DNA of 63,351 bases, the filler included, from an uncultured bacterium (GTDB lineage Bacteria; B130-G9), in assembly GCA_965372715.1 (NCBI GenBank). It is 5 parts of 5 records of this genome, joined end to end, with 100 filler letters (N's around TTAATTAATTAA, not from the genome) between each part and the next. Parts side by side here need not be neighbours in the genome. Positions count along the whole stretch, not along the records: positions 1 to 15,503 come from CBDVDH010000071.1; 4 more parts are not named here. One strand, given 5' to 3'. Position 1 is the first letter of the stretch; each line of letters begins with the position of its first letter. This document shows positions 1 through 9,592 of this stretch, in pieces. The notes below the pieces were generated by a model. It made no database searches. It was not told where the DNA came from and saw nothing but the letters and a program-made list of their open reading frames with translations. Both the position numbers and the translations under genes were made by a program.

Positions 1-13
1 CTGAACGTATGAA

Positions 14-37
14 GGGCGGGGCAAGCACCGCCCCTAC
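14..37 (-). repeat. GTAG-family REP palindrome (GTAGGGGCGGTGCTTGCCCCGCCC)
   Basis: Exact reverse-complement copy; identical copies at 2426, 3217, 7856, 7906 and 45304. Confidence 0.9.
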
Positions 38-71
38 AGCGAGTTCCAGCCAGATCGGTCTCCGTTACACG

Positions 72-2384
72 TCAATCCTCAAGCATGAGTCCCAGCAGCC
101 TTTTGGTGGCGTCCTTGCGCGGGACTGGGACCTCGGCGGAAAACAGGCCCATTGCCTCGCGCTCGGTGGTGGCAGTTCCCACGCAAGAGGGGCACCCGTT
201 CTCGCACTGGCACCCTGTGACCACCCTCAGGCACATCGAAAGGACATCTCGGATGCCTTCGCCGACCTTCTCGGCAAAGCCCAGACCGCCCTCGAACCTG
301 TCGAACACAAAAATCGCCTGCGCCCCGAGGTTCTCGCTGTCCAGCACTACCTCGATGTCGTGCCGATCACACATCGCGAGCAGCGGGCTGACAACGGCGA
401 TGAGGTTCTTGAGTCCCACAATGCCGCCGAGGAGAGGCAGCTCTTCAAGCCCAAGCGCATCCCGCAACTCCTGTGAGATGATAATGTAGGTGGCCGCTGT
501 GTCAAGAACGACTGGCTCAAGCGAGAGCTCGAATGTTCCTAGATGCTCCCCGGTGGAGAAGCGGCGCCTCATATACCCGACGGTCGTCGAGGCTACGTTC
601 ACAGAACACTGTCCGACCCGAAACCGGCCAAAATCCCGCTCGTCAAGCGTCTCCGTTACGCTTATTGAATGCCTCATCAACGGCGTGGTGTAGTATGCGA
701 AATCGGCCTTTTCAACGGTAACGACGCCTCTTTCATAATCGATGTGAATAACCCGGAACGTCTCGCCCTCGTGGATATAAACCGCCTCGGGATAGGTGAT
801 GAACGGGACGCTCGCGGCGTCGATCTCGCCTATCACATCGCCCCGACGCTGGGCGTCCCACACCTGTATCGTGAGCTTCTCGCCCGTTACCGTTCTCAGA
901 CCTGTATCGCGAGACGGATACTCGTCGCTCGACCAATACCACTTATCCGCGATGCGCTTGAGCTGGCCCTCATCCTCAAGGACCTTCACGATCGGCATGA
1001 ATAGCGGCCCGAAATAGGTCTCGTCCTGCTCCGTCAGCGGACGCTCGACTGCGGCACAGCATATATGCTGGGTTAGGATGTAAGGGTTGTCGGGGTCAAT
1101 CACAGCCTTCTCCGGGCTTTTCTCGAAAAGATAGTCGGGATTCTGCGCGATATATTGATCGACGGGGTCGGGCCCCGCCACAAGAATCACGAGGCTCTCC
1201 GCCTGCTTCCTTCCCGCACGGCCGGCCTGCTGCCAGGTCCCCGCGATCGTGCCCGGGTAGCCGACCATCACGCACCCCTCAAGCGAGCCGATGTCAACGC
1301 CAAGCTGAAGCGCGCAGGTAGCGATCACCGCCAAGAGCTTCCGCTCGGCAAGGCCCTTTTCGATCTCTCGCCTGTTCTCCGCAAGGTAGCCCCCGCGGTA
1401 GGGCTTGACGCGCCTCGCAAGGTCGCCACTGATCTCCCCAAGGCGCTCCCTGACGGTCTTGGCGAGGACCTCCGCGCCCATCCTGGTCCTCGTGAAAGCA
1501 ATCGTCTGAATCCCTGCTGATACGAGGTCTGCAATCAATCGCCGCGCCTGATTCGCCATGCTGGGCCTGGTAACGCCGTGAACATCGACCGGCGGCGGGT
1601 TCCAGACAACGAAGTGCTTCGCGCTCTGAGGCGCTCCGTCGTTGTCAATCAGCGTCATTTGGCGCCCGGTTATGCGCTCGGCGAGCTCGACGGGGTTGTT
1701 GATCGTGGCGGAGCAGCAAATAAACTGGGGTCTGGCGCCCACGTTCTCGCAGACTCGGTTGAGGCGGCGCAAGACGTTCGCCACGTTCGAGCCAAATATC
1801 CCGCGGTAAGTGTGGATTTCATCGAGCACGACGAATCTGAGGCTTGCGAAGAGGTGCGCCCATCTCGAGTGATGCGGCAGGATGCCGACGTGGAGCATAT
1901 CGGGATTCGTTATGAGTATGTTGGCGCGCTCGCGTATCTTCTTTCGCCAGTAGCTGTTCGTGTCGCCGTCATAAACGCCGCTGAAAATCCGCTTTCTCAG
2001 CTCGGGGACCGTCTGAAGCTGTTTGAGAACCGCCTGCTGATCGTTCGAAAGCGCCTTCGTTGGAAACATGTAGATGGCCGCGCCAGACGGGTCCGCCAGC
2101 AGGGATTCGATAACCGGAAGGTTGTAACAGAGCGACTTACCGCTGGCCGTTCTCGAAACGACCACAATGTCCGCGCCAGCCCTTGCCAGCTCAAGCGCCT
2201 CGGCCTGATGAGTGTAGAAGCGCTCGATGCCTATTGAGACGAGCGCGCTCGTGAGCTCAGCCGGAAGGGGCGGCTCAACATCGACGCAGCGGGCCTCCCG
2301 CGGTGGGAGCTCCCGCAGCGCCGCAATGCACCTTCTATCCTTCGGCGAGGCTAGAATCCTCTTCAGAAAGGGTTCAACGCTCAT
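72..2384 (-). CDS. DEAD/DEAH-box helicase with C-terminal DUF1998 (MrfA/SftH/Hrq1-like)
   Basis: Walker A TASGKS, DEIH box, QQAGRAGR motif VI, C-terminal CQCENGCPSC zinc motif; 770 aa. Confidence 0.93.
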   Translation of the reverse strand: MSVEPFLKRILASPKDRRCIAALRELPPREARCVDVEPPLPAELTSALVSIGIERFYTHQAEALELARAGADIVVVSRTASGKSLCYNLPVIESLLADPSGAAIYMFPTKALSNDQQAVLKQLQTVPELRKRIFSGVYDGDTNSYWRKKIRERANILITNPDMLHVGILPHHSRWAHLFASLRFVVLDEIHTYRGIFGSNVANVLRRLNRVCENVGARPQFICCSATINNPVELAERITGRQMTLIDNDGAPQSAKHFVVWNPPPVDVHGVTRPSMANQARRLIADLVSAGIQTIAFTRTRMGAEVLAKTVRERLGEISGDLARRVKPYRGGYLAENRREIEKGLAERKLLAVIATCALQLGVDIGSLEGCVMVGYPGTIAGTWQQAGRAGRKQAESLVILVAGPDPVDQYIAQNPDYLFEKSPEKAVIDPDNPYILTQHICCAAVERPLTEQDETYFGPLFMPIVKVLEDEGQLKRIADKWYWSSDEYPSRDTGLRTVTGEKLTIQVWDAQRRGDVIGEIDAASVPFITYPEAVYIHEGETFRVIHIDYERGVVTVEKADFAYYTTPLMRHSISVTETLDERDFGRFRVGQCSVNVASTTVGYMRRRFSTGEHLGTFELSLEPVVLDTAATYIIISQELRDALGLEELPLLGGIVGLKNLIAVVSPLLAMCDRHDIEVVLDSENLGAQAIFVFDRFEGGLGFAEKVGEGIRDVLSMCLRVVTGCQCENGCPSCVGTATTEREAMGLFSAEVPVPRKDATKRLLGLMLED

Positions 2385-2425
2385 CGTCGTTCATTTACGG
2401 CCTGTCCGTTCACTGGACATCGCCC

Positions 2426-2537
2426 GTAGGGGCGGTGCTTGCCCCGCCCTCCTCTGATGTGACAGCATCAAGGGTGCGGCAAGCGGCACCCCTACAGGAC
2501 CGATACGTATGAACGGCGGCGCAAGCACAGCCCCTAC
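2426..2537. repeat. Cluster of three GTAG REP palindromes (REPIN-like)
   Basis: Forward copy at 2426-2449; inverted variants at 2472-2495 and 2514-2537. Confidence 0.88.
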
Positions 2538-2568
2538 GAAACCCCCACAGCCGAAACATTGCCTCACC

Positions 2569-3774
2569 TCACTTCGGCCAAACCAACTGCCTCAGAACGT
2601 TTCCTATCAGCGACCTGTATGACACTTTGCTCTTGGCTATATCGCCAAACAGGTCGGCACTCCGGGCGAGCTTCGAGACGCCCTTGAAGACCCACTCCGG
2701 ATACTTGTATGCGGCCCTGCCGAACCAATACGCTCTCCTGAGCTCGGGGAACACATCGCGCCTCAACAGGCGGAGATAATGCGAATGGAGACGCGCATAC
2801 GAACCGCTCGATTCTCTCGTGCTAAGAATGGCAGCGGCAGCGAGGCGGCCGCTCTCAATAGCCCAACTCAGGCCCTCGCCCATGAACGCGTCAACCAGCC
2901 CAGCCGCATCGCCCGCGAGGATGCAAGCGGTGCGCCCCAGCCTGCGTTCGCGAGTCCAGAACGGGACGACGCAGCCTCCGAGGAAGCGCGCAGCAAATCC
3001 CGTCGAAAGCGCCTCGTCCTCGGCCACATATTTCAGGACTGCACTCTTGGCGTGAGGCAAGCGGCTCTCGGTGGTCATTGCCCCCACCGACAGCTTTTGG
3101 CCATAGGGAAACACCCAGATGTAGCCCAAAGGAATGACGCCAAAGTCGAACCTTATCACGCTGTCGCCTATCGTAGGGGTGTTCGCCGCGCGGCGAACTG
3201 CACCCGTCTGCCTTTCGGGCGGGGCAAGCACCGCCCCTACACCATTAGGTTCGAGCTCGAACATCACAGTTACGCCGCGTCTTCTGGGTTGCTCGATGCC
3301 CAGTTCCCCCTTGATGTAGCTCCTTGCGCCGTCGGCGCCTACGACCGCCCGCGCCCGGAATGTCTCACCATCCTTGCACGTGAACTCTGTCCCCGAAGCG
3401 AGTGTATCAATCGTCTTGACAGCGCTATTGTCAAACACGGCACATCCAGCCTTACGCGCCTCATCCACAATCAGGGCATCGAACCTCTGGCGATCGACTA
3501 TCCAACCGAATATCGCGGGCGAGTCCTTGCGCAACCTGACGCGGTGACGCCCCAGAAACTCTACCGCCTCAACTTCATTGAGGATCGCCGGCGTAACGTC
3601 CAGGCCCAGAAGGCCCCTGGCACGGGCACTTAACCCGCCGGCGCACAGCTTGAAACGTGGGATGCTCTCCTTCTCCAGAACCGCGACTTCGACCCCAGCC
3701 GACGCCAGCTCAAGCGCACACCTCGCCCCCGCGGGACCTGCGCCGACAACTACAACCTCGAATTCATTTTCCAT
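2569..3774 (-). CDS. Geranylgeranyl reductase family FAD-dependent oxidoreductase
   Basis: GAGPAG Rossmann motif, RFKLCAGG, GADGA, GYIWVFP, GDAAGLVDAFMGEG. Confidence 0.9.
   Translation of the reverse strand: MENEFEVVVVGAGPAGARCALELASAGVEVAVLEKESIPRFKLCAGGLSARARGLLGLDVTPAILNEVEAVEFLGRHRVRLRKDSPAIFGWIVDRQRFDALIVDEARKAGCAVFDNSAVKTIDTLASGTEFTCKDGETFRARAVVGADGARSYIKGELGIEQPRRRGVTVMFELEPNGVGAVLAPPERQTGAVRRAANTPTIGDSVIRFDFGVIPLGYIWVFPYGQKLSVGAMTTESRLPHAKSAVLKYVAEDEALSTGFAARFLGGCVVPFWTRERRLGRTACILAGDAAGLVDAFMGEGLSWAIESGRLAAAAILSTRESSGSYARLHSHYLRLLRRDVFPELRRAYWFGRAAYKYPEWVFKGVSKLARSADLFGDIAKSKVSYRSLIGNVLRQLVWPK
3173..3240. repeat. REPIN-like element lying in frame inside the GGR gene
   Basis: GTAGGGGTG..GCACCC at 3173-3205 facing an exact REP at 3217-3240; translated as VGAVLAPPERQTGAVRRAANTPT. 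Confidence 0.85.
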
Positions 3775-3823
3775 TGATCAGGCCAATACGATTATGACGG
3801 GCGGCGCACAGACCACGTCACCA

Positions 3824-3854
3824 CAATCTGCGCAATCTGTGTAATCTGCGGACA
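3824..3854. repeat. 9-mer tandem repeat (AATCTG-nnn)x3
   Basis: caatctgcgcaatctgtgtaatctgcggaca; copy with one mismatch at 11197-11227. Confidence 0.8.
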
Positions 3855-3861
3855 AGACCTC

Positions 3862-4728
3862 TCACATCACCGCCCGGTGCTTTGCTTTGAGCTCATCGAG
3901 AAAGGACGCGGGCACATGCGCGGAACCCATTTCTTGGGCCTTAACTGAAAGGCCATGGAAATCCGAGCCGCCCGTCCGTGCAAGTTGATACTCGACCACG
4001 AAGGCGGACACGTCAGAACACCTCTTAAGATGCTCCTCGACGCTCAGACCATAATCCGCACCGAAGCCACAGAGCACCTCAATCGCACCTAATCCCTCTT
4101 TGCAGAGCGCAGGTAATAGGTCCTTCAGGAGGTCTTGGCGGATAAACACGGGATGTGCAAGCGATGCAATCCCGCCGGCCTGCTCGATGATCCCAATGGC
4201 TTCGGCGGGGCTTGGTTTCACCATTGGGACGTAATACGGCGTGCCGCGCCTCAGATACCTGTTGAAACCCTCATTGACCGTTGAAACGACATCGTTGTGC
4301 GCAAGAACCCGCGCGATGTGCACCCGGCCTAAAGCGCCGCCCTGAGCGACCTTTAGAACCGCATCCATGTCAATCGGCAGGCCGTCCGAGTGAAGGCGCT
4401 TCACCATCTGGGCCGCGCGAACCCTCCGAGCCTCACGCTTTGAGCGCGCAAAATCCTGAAGCACATCGCTCTCCAGATCAATGAAGTAGCCCAGAATGTG
4501 AATCGACCTCTCATTGAAATAGGAGCCGACCTCGATGGCCGGAATGACCTCAACACCAACCTTCTCGCCCTCGGTCATCGCGTCACGAACGCCGGACACC
4601 GTGTCGTGATCGGTAATGGAGATAGTGGCCAGTCCCATTTTTCTTGCCTTATGGACTAGCTGTTTCGGGGAGCAGGTCCCGTCAGAGGCAATCGAGTGGA
4701 GATGAAGGTCTATCTCAGGTAAAAACAT
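3862..4728 (-). CDS. PHP-domain metallophosphoesterase (YciV/TrpH-like)
   Basis: DLHLHSIASDG, ITDHD, HILGY, AHP and GGSDFHG motifs. Confidence 0.92.
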   Translation of the reverse strand: MFLPEIDLHLHSIASDGTCSPKQLVHKARKMGLATISITDHDTVSGVRDAMTEGEKVGVEVIPAIEVGSYFNERSIHILGYFIDLESDVLQDFARSKREARRVRAAQMVKRLHSDGLPIDMDAVLKVAQGGALGRVHIARVLAHNDVVSTVNEGFNRYLRRGTPYYVPMVKPSPAEAIGIIEQAGGIASLAHPVFIRQDLLKDLLPALCKEGLGAIEVLCGFGADYGLSVEEHLKRCSDVSAFVVEYQLARTGGSDFHGLSVKAQEMGSAHVPASFLDELKAKHRAVM

Positions 4729-5785
4729 CTCTGTCTTCTATTCTTGCCCACGGGTGTGGGAGGAATACCTCTTCGTAGCGCGAGATAGCATATCCGTCCG
4801 TCATTCCTGCTATGTAGTCGCAGACCACCTGATTGTCGTTCTCGGGCCTCTTGGCGAGAGCCGAAGCCGGGACCTTGTCAACATGTTCGAGATAGTATGA
4901 ATAGAGCTGCTTCAGAAGGTTCTTTGCCCTTTCAAACTCTGCAACCGAGGCGGGATGGGCATAGACCTTCTCGTGCAAGAACGCCCGCAGCTGCTCGGTA
5001 GCCTGGCAGACCCGATCGCCCATGCCAATGAACTTCATCCCGACGTCCTGCGTCGAGTTGATGACGTCGTTGACCATAGCGCCGATTCTGCCCGAATGGC
5101 TCCTGCCCAGCACGCAAGCAGTCTCTTCCGGTATCGAATCTTGAGTCAGAATCCCGGCTCGGATGGCGTCGTCGATGTCGTGATTCACATACGCAATGAT
5201 GTCCGAGAGCCGCACAATCTGGCCCTCCAGTGTGGCCGGTAAGTGGCGCCGGTCGTCTGGCCTGAGGCTGCTCATCCCCTTGGAATGCCTCGCAATGCCA
5301 TCGCGGACCTCGAACGTCAAGTTCAGGCCCTCGCCCTCCCGCTCCAGCACTTCGACTACGCGAAGCGACTGCGCCGGGTGCTGAAATCCACCCGGATGTA
5401 TCTCCCGAAGCGCCGCCTCGCCAGAATGACCGAACGGCGTATGCCCCAGGTCGTGTCCCATCGCTATCGCCTCGACCAGGTCCTCGTTCAGGCGAAGGGC
5501 CCTAGCGATTGTCCGTCCTATCTGGCCAACCTCCAGCGTGTGCGTCAGCCGCGTGCGATAATGGTCGTCCTGAGGTTTGAGAAAAACCTGCGTCTTGTGC
5601 TTGAGGCGCCTGAACGACTTGCTGTGTATTATCCGGTCCCTATCGCGCTGAAAGCAGGTTCTAATCGGGCACTCCGGCTCGTCTCGCTCTCGACCTCGGC
5701 TCTCTGAGCTGACCGTCGCCCGCTCGCAGAGAAAGCACCGCTCGCGTTCCTCAATCTGCTCCCTAAGCGTTGCCATGGCACTCAT
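4715..5785 (-). CDS. dgt: Deoxyguanosinetriphosphate triphosphohydrolase (HD family)
   Basis: FQRDRDRIIHSKSFRRLKHKTQVF, RTRLTHTLEV, HDLGHTPFGH, DYIAGMTD. Confidence 0.93.
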   Translation of the reverse strand: MSAMATLREQIEERERCFLCERATVSSESRGRERDEPECPIRTCFQRDRDRIIHSKSFRRLKHKTQVFLKPQDDHYRTRLTHTLEVGQIGRTIARALRLNEDLVEAIAMGHDLGHTPFGHSGEAALREIHPGGFQHPAQSLRVVEVLEREGEGLNLTFEVRDGIARHSKGMSSLRPDDRRHLPATLEGQIVRLSDIIAYVNHDIDDAIRAGILTQDSIPEETACVLGRSHSGRIGAMVNDVINSTQDVGMKFIGMGDRVCQATEQLRAFLHEKVYAHPASVAEFERAKNLLKQLYSYYLEHVDKVPASALAKRPENDNQVVCDYIAGMTDGYAISRYEEVFLPHPWARIEDRDVFT

Positions 5786-5791
5786 CTCTTA

Positions 5792-5863
5792 GTGTGGAGC
5801 GCGCTTTCCAGCCCGCCATCCCCAAGAATATACAACAATGTAGGGGCGTATTGAATACGCCCC
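5792..5863 (+). repeat. Two REP-like palindromes (GTGG variant and GTAG variant)
   Basis: gtgtggagcgcgctttccagcccgcc at 5792-5817 (compare 27291) and gtaggggcgtattgaatacgcccc at 5840-5863. Confidence 0.7.
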
Positions 5864-5885
5864 AATCCCACCGCCTGGCTCGAAT

Positions 5886-6788
5886 CTATGGTCTCGGTAT
5901 CTTGCCCAACAGTGATTCTACCCAGAATCTGACCTTGTGTTTTGCGATTTGCAGCAACGTGGCGACCATAAGGGCAACTTGCACGACGATATTCGCCCCA
6001 AACGACTTGTGTTTCCGATAATAGCGCATCATGCTGGCCCGCTTTGCAACGGCCGACGCGATCGGGTCCGACCTGACGCTCGCTCCCACCTCGTGGACCG
6101 CCTGGGCCTCTGGCACGAACATCGTCAAGAAGCCCGCCCCCAGCGCTCGTTTGCAGAAGTCTTTCTCCTCGTAGAAAAGGAAGAACTCGTCGTCGAAGCC
6201 GCCCAGCATGTCCCAGACCTCGCGCCTGACGAGCATGGCTGCGCCAATGACCGAATCTACAGCCCGTCGTCTGTCGTGCGGGTCGAACTGACCAAAGCGC
6301 CCTGCAAGCAATCTTCCGAAAAGCCATTTGAACGGCCTGGACACGAGAATCGCCTTCAAGCCAAGAAGGAAGGCTAGCTCCTGAAAGACGGTCGGGAACC
6401 GATACGCGGATGGCAGCAGCTTGCCGTCAGGGCTTCTCAACCTTGGCCCAGCGATCGCAATCCGCTCGTCCGATTCAATAGCCGACGTGAGTTCTTTAGC
6501 CGCGCCGGGACAAAGCCGTACATCGGGGTTTAGAAGCATTATGAAGTCGTCATCTGCCTTCGAGGCGGCCTGATTACACGCCGCGGCGAACCCGCGATTC
6601 GTATCGTTGCGCACCAATGTCAGATCAACACTAGACCGCTGAACCACCCCGACCGTCTCGTCCCCGGATGCGTTATCAACAACCACGATACGAAAATCGG
6701 GAAGCGACTGCGCGGCAATCGACTCGAGGCACCCGGCTATGTCCCTCGCCGAGTTGAACGTTACGACCACAAACGCGACGCTTCTCAT
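5886..6788 (-). CDS. Glycosyltransferase family 2 (rhamnosyltransferase-like)
   Basis: VVVDNASGD, NRGFAAACN, LLNPD, GGFDDEFFLFYEEKD. Confidence 0.9.
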   Translation of the reverse strand: MRSVAFVVVTFNSARDIAGCLESIAAQSLPDFRIVVVDNASGDETVGVVQRSSVDLTLVRNDTNRGFAAACNQAASKADDDFIMLLNPDVRLCPGAAKELTSAIESDERIAIAGPRLRSPDGKLLPSAYRFPTVFQELAFLLGLKAILVSRPFKWLFGRLLAGRFGQFDPHDRRRAVDSVIGAAMLVRREVWDMLGGFDDEFFLFYEEKDFCKRALGAGFLTMFVPEAQAVHEVGASVRSDPIASAVAKRASMMRYYRKHKSFGANIVVQVALMVATLLQIAKHKVRFWVESLLGKIPRP

Positions 6789-6800
6789 CGTCCCGCGGTC

Positions 6801-6828
6801 AACTTGGAACTTGAAACTTGAAACTTGA
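6801..6828. repeat. Heptamer tandem repeat (AACTTGR)x4
   Basis: aacttgg aacttga aacttga aacttga in the short gap between two GT2 genes. Confidence 0.8.
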
Positions 6829-6834
6829 GACTGA

Positions 6835-7815
6835 TCAAAGCCTCGCCCTTAAGCACAACCAGAATATCCTCATATAGCCCCTGATCGCCGCTCGCGTCTC
6901 GCCCTTTTGGAAGTTCTTCACGCTCTTGGAAAGGTCGCGTTGCAGGAGCCTCCCGAGCAGAACCAGGAGCGACCTGAGCAACATGCCGACGGCGATCGAG
7001 GCGATTACAAGTATCGAGAGCGGAACGCCGAAGTGCTTCTTGCAGAAATACGCAAAGTTGCGGTATTTGGCGAGCGCGGCGTCCTCCTTCGACCAGCCCT
7101 TTGTAGAGACCGCCCCAGCGTGATGAAACACCGCGTCGGGCGCATACCACAGCTCCCATCCGTATGACCTTATCCTCATGCACCAGTCAACGTCTTCATA
7201 CCAGACAGGAAAGAAGCTCTCGTCCATGACGCCGACTTGCTCAAGGAGCTCGCGCCTGACGAGGAGGCAGGCGCCGGCCGGCTGTTCGACTTGCTGTGGC
7301 CGTTCGTAGTCGATGTCCCTGCCCATGTAATGCTTGGAGAGCCTCGTCCAGGGGAGAGCACGATGCACGAGCAAGGCATCGCAGACGGCGGAGAAGAACG
7401 TCGGCAGACCCCTGACATTGAAGCCGACCTGAACCTGGCCGTCATCGCCCAATAGCTTACCCGTTGCGCCGCCGACATCCGGGTGCGTATCCATGAACCG
7501 CACCAGACTTGCGAGTGAATCTCGCTCAACGACTATGTCGGGATTCAACAGAAGGATGAGGCGCCCTTTCGAGTTGAGCATCCCCCAGTTATTGCCCCCT
7601 GCATAGCCCAGGTTCCGGTCGGCGCGGAGAAAAGTGGCCCAGCTGTGCGCATCGGCAAGCGGTCGTAGCTCTTCCTCCGGCACGCCGTTTGAAACGACGA
7701 TGACCTCCAAGCCGCCCGAGAAGTCGCTTCCCTCGATCGAGTCTAGGAGCGCTTTTGCGGCCCCAATTGTCGCCGTGTCGGCGACGACAGTTACTATCGA
7801 AAGATCGACAGGCAT
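6835..7815 (-). CDS. Glycosyltransferase family 2
   Basis: NLGYAGGNN, LLNPD, GACLLVR, WYEDVDWC. Start placed at MPVDLSIV; the ORF track extends to 7998 through a REPIN. Confidence 0.85.
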   Translation of the reverse strand: MPVDLSIVTVVADTATIGAAKALLDSIEGSDFSGGLEVIVVSNGVPEEELRPLADAHSWATFLRADRNLGYAGGNNWGMLNSKGRLILLLNPDIVVERDSLASLVRFMDTHPDVGGATGKLLGDDGQVQVGFNVRGLPTFFSAVCDALLVHRALPWTRLSKHYMGRDIDYERPQQVEQPAGACLLVRRELLEQVGVMDESFFPVWYEDVDWCMRIRSYGWELWYAPDAVFHHAGAVSTKGWSKEDAALAKYRNFAYFCKKHFGVPLSILVIASIAVGMLLRSLLVLLGRLLQRDLSKSVKNFQKGETRAAIRGYMRIFWLCLRARL

Positions 7816-7855
7816 TTCATTCAAGAGGCTGTCCGACAAGTCCGCGTCAGGTATT

Positions 7856-7929
7856 GTAGGGGCGGTGCTTGCCCCGCCCTTATTTGATGTAACCGAACCT
7901 ATCAAGGGCGGGGCAAGCACCGCCCCTAC
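7856..7929. repeat. Complete REPIN: two exact inverted 24-bp GTAG REPs with a 26-bp spacer
   Basis: 7856-7879 and 7906-7929 are exact reverse complements. Confidence 0.92.
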
Positions 7930-8020
7930 GGGGCCTACTGTCCCCCCCCCCACGCCCATTCCAAACGCTACGCCACAATTGAAAACCGCCGCATTCACCT
8001 TATCAAGAGATCATCCCACG

Positions 8021-8806
8021 CTACCCACTCAGGATCATCTCCGCCACTTTCCTGCCGGAAAGCAACATCCCGCCGAATATGGGCCCCATCCGAGGGCCGC
8101 CGTAACACGTGCACACGCTCATGCCCGCCACATAAAGCCCAGGATATATCTCTCCAGCCTTCTCAACCACGAACCGCTCGCCCGCCTCGACGTCCATTGG
8201 GTCCTCGCCAAAGACCGTCCCATCAGGCCTCGGCCCTTCCAGTATGGAGAGGATGCCCCGCTTCCTGAGCGTCTGGACCACGGCGGCGTCGTGTCCGGTC
8301 GAGTCGATGATTACATCTGACCGAAAGACGATCGGGTCGATCGGAAACATCTCGCTCAGCACGCTTCGATTGACGACGGCGCCTGTCACTCGGCCATCCC
8401 GGAGGCAAACGTCCTCCACGTCGTGCAGGTTCAACATGCGAGCGCCCGCCTTGAGTGCAGATGAACAGAGCGTGCACGCTAGTTCTATGGCATCCGTGAC
8501 ATAGAGGCCGCCGTGGGCTGGCTCGTATCGGATACCGAGCTCCTTGAAGACCTCAACCGCCGACTCTTGAATGACGACCTTGCTCATCGTGGCGCCTCCA
8601 CCCCAGATGCCGCCGCCAGGCGAAAGCCGCTTCTCCACTATCGTAACTTTCCGACCCGCCTGGGCCAGAAGATAGGCCGCCATAAGGCCTGATGGGCCTG
8701 CCCCGGCGATCACGACGTCGCTCGTCAGGCAACCCTGCAGCTGCTCGTAATATGAATCAAGAATCGCTCGAGAAACCGAAATCTCAATGCCGCCGTTTTT
8801 CACCAA
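8021..8806 (-). CDS. thi4: Sulfide-dependent adenosine diphosphate thiazole synthase (Thi4 family, non-Cys)
   Basis: GAGPSGL, GGGIWGGG, IDP, STGHDA, GGPRMGPIFGGMLLSG. Confidence 0.92.
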   Translation of the reverse strand: MVKNGGIEISVSRAILDSYYEQLQGCLTSDVVIAGAGPSGLMAAYLLAQAGRKVTIVEKRLSPGGGIWGGGATMSKVVIQESAVEVFKELGIRYEPAHGGLYVTDAIELACTLCSSALKAGARMLNLHDVEDVCLRDGRVTGAVVNRSVLSEMFPIDPIVFRSDVIIDSTGHDAAVVQTLRKRGILSILEGPRPDGTVFGEDPMDVEAGERFVVEKAGEIYPGLYVAGMSVCTCYGGPRMGPIFGGMLLSGRKVAEMILSG

Positions 8807-8989
8807 TCTGACCCTCTTTTACTGCGTAGCCCGTTTCTCTGGGGTTATAATCGTTGACAACATCAATGTGTTTCAGAAGTATAATCTAATCGCCGAGGCA
8901 ACCGGAAGTCAACTAAGTAGGGTGAACTTCGTGCGCCCTGACGGCGATTTAGGGGCTTCGGGGCAATATCTGGACGGGGCTTGAGAGCG

Positions 8990-9433
8990 ATGCTGTATTT
9001 TGCCTATGGCTCGAACATGGACTTCAGGCAGATGCGCGAGCGCTGCCCGAGCGCAATCACCGTAACGACGGCGAAGTTACCCAACCACCGGCTCGCATTC
9101 ACCAGGGTCGCGGAGAGTCGCGGAGGCGGTGTGGCGGATATCGTCCCGTCCGTTGGCGACGTGGTCGAGGGCGTTATCTACGAGATCAGCGATGACGACG
9201 CGACGCGCCTCGACGACCATGAGGGCGTCGCGACGAATTGCTACCGACGTACACATGTAAACCTTACGCTACCCGCTGACGAGGTCATCGAGGCATACAC
9301 GTACAAGGCCTTCGAGCAAGGCCTATTCCAGCCCTCGAAAGCCTACGTGCGCCACCTCATAACCGGCGCCAAATACCACTGCCTAAGCAGGAAATACATC
9401 GCCAACCTCAGGGCGATTGAGACCGCGGAGTGA
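8990..9433 (+). CDS. Gamma-glutamylcyclotransferase (AIG2-like) family protein
   Basis: LYFAYGSNM, VEGVIY, LDDHEG, PSKAY; ATG at 8990 (track start TTG 8981). Confidence 0.88.
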   Translation: MLYFAYGSNMDFRQMRERCPSAITVTTAKLPNHRLAFTRVAESRGGGVADIVPSVGDVVEGVIYEISDDDATRLDDHEGVATNCYRRTHVNLTLPADEVIEAYTYKAFEQGLFQPSKAYVRHLITGAKYHCLSRKYIANLRAIETAE

Positions 9434-9517
9434 TGGCTGACAACATAGCTCTACGCTAGCCTCTTTGACCTGTTGACCTCGTTGACCCATCTTTCCTTCG
9501 GGAACACCTTTGGATCG

Positions 9518-9547
9518 TTGACGGGATCCGGGGCTTGCTGATAGATT
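9518..9547 (+). promoter_or_regulatory. Putative sigma70 promoter of murJ
   Basis: TTGACG-N18-TAGATT with a TG extended -10. Confidence 0.5.
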
Positions 9548-9592
9548 GCGGGGCGGATTCATTGAGTTTTCTCGTCATGGGAGCACTACACC

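Noticed and set aside
72-2384. DUF1998 helicase as part of DISARM or Druantia defence
   Set aside because: Its size and architecture fit the MrfA/SftH repair helicases, and no drm, methylase or Druantia genes are adjacent.
7816-7998. N-terminal extension of the GT2 containing VGAVLAPP/KGGASTAPT
   Set aside because: Probably non-coding read-through of an intergenic REPIN; the GT2 domain starts at MPVDLSIV. Translation cannot be fully excluded.
8807-8980. TPP riboswitch upstream of thi4; TTGACA/TATAAT pair on the plus strand
   Set aside because: No CUGAGA/ACCUG TPP core on the minus strand; the TTGACA-TATAAT spacing is 20 bp, too long.
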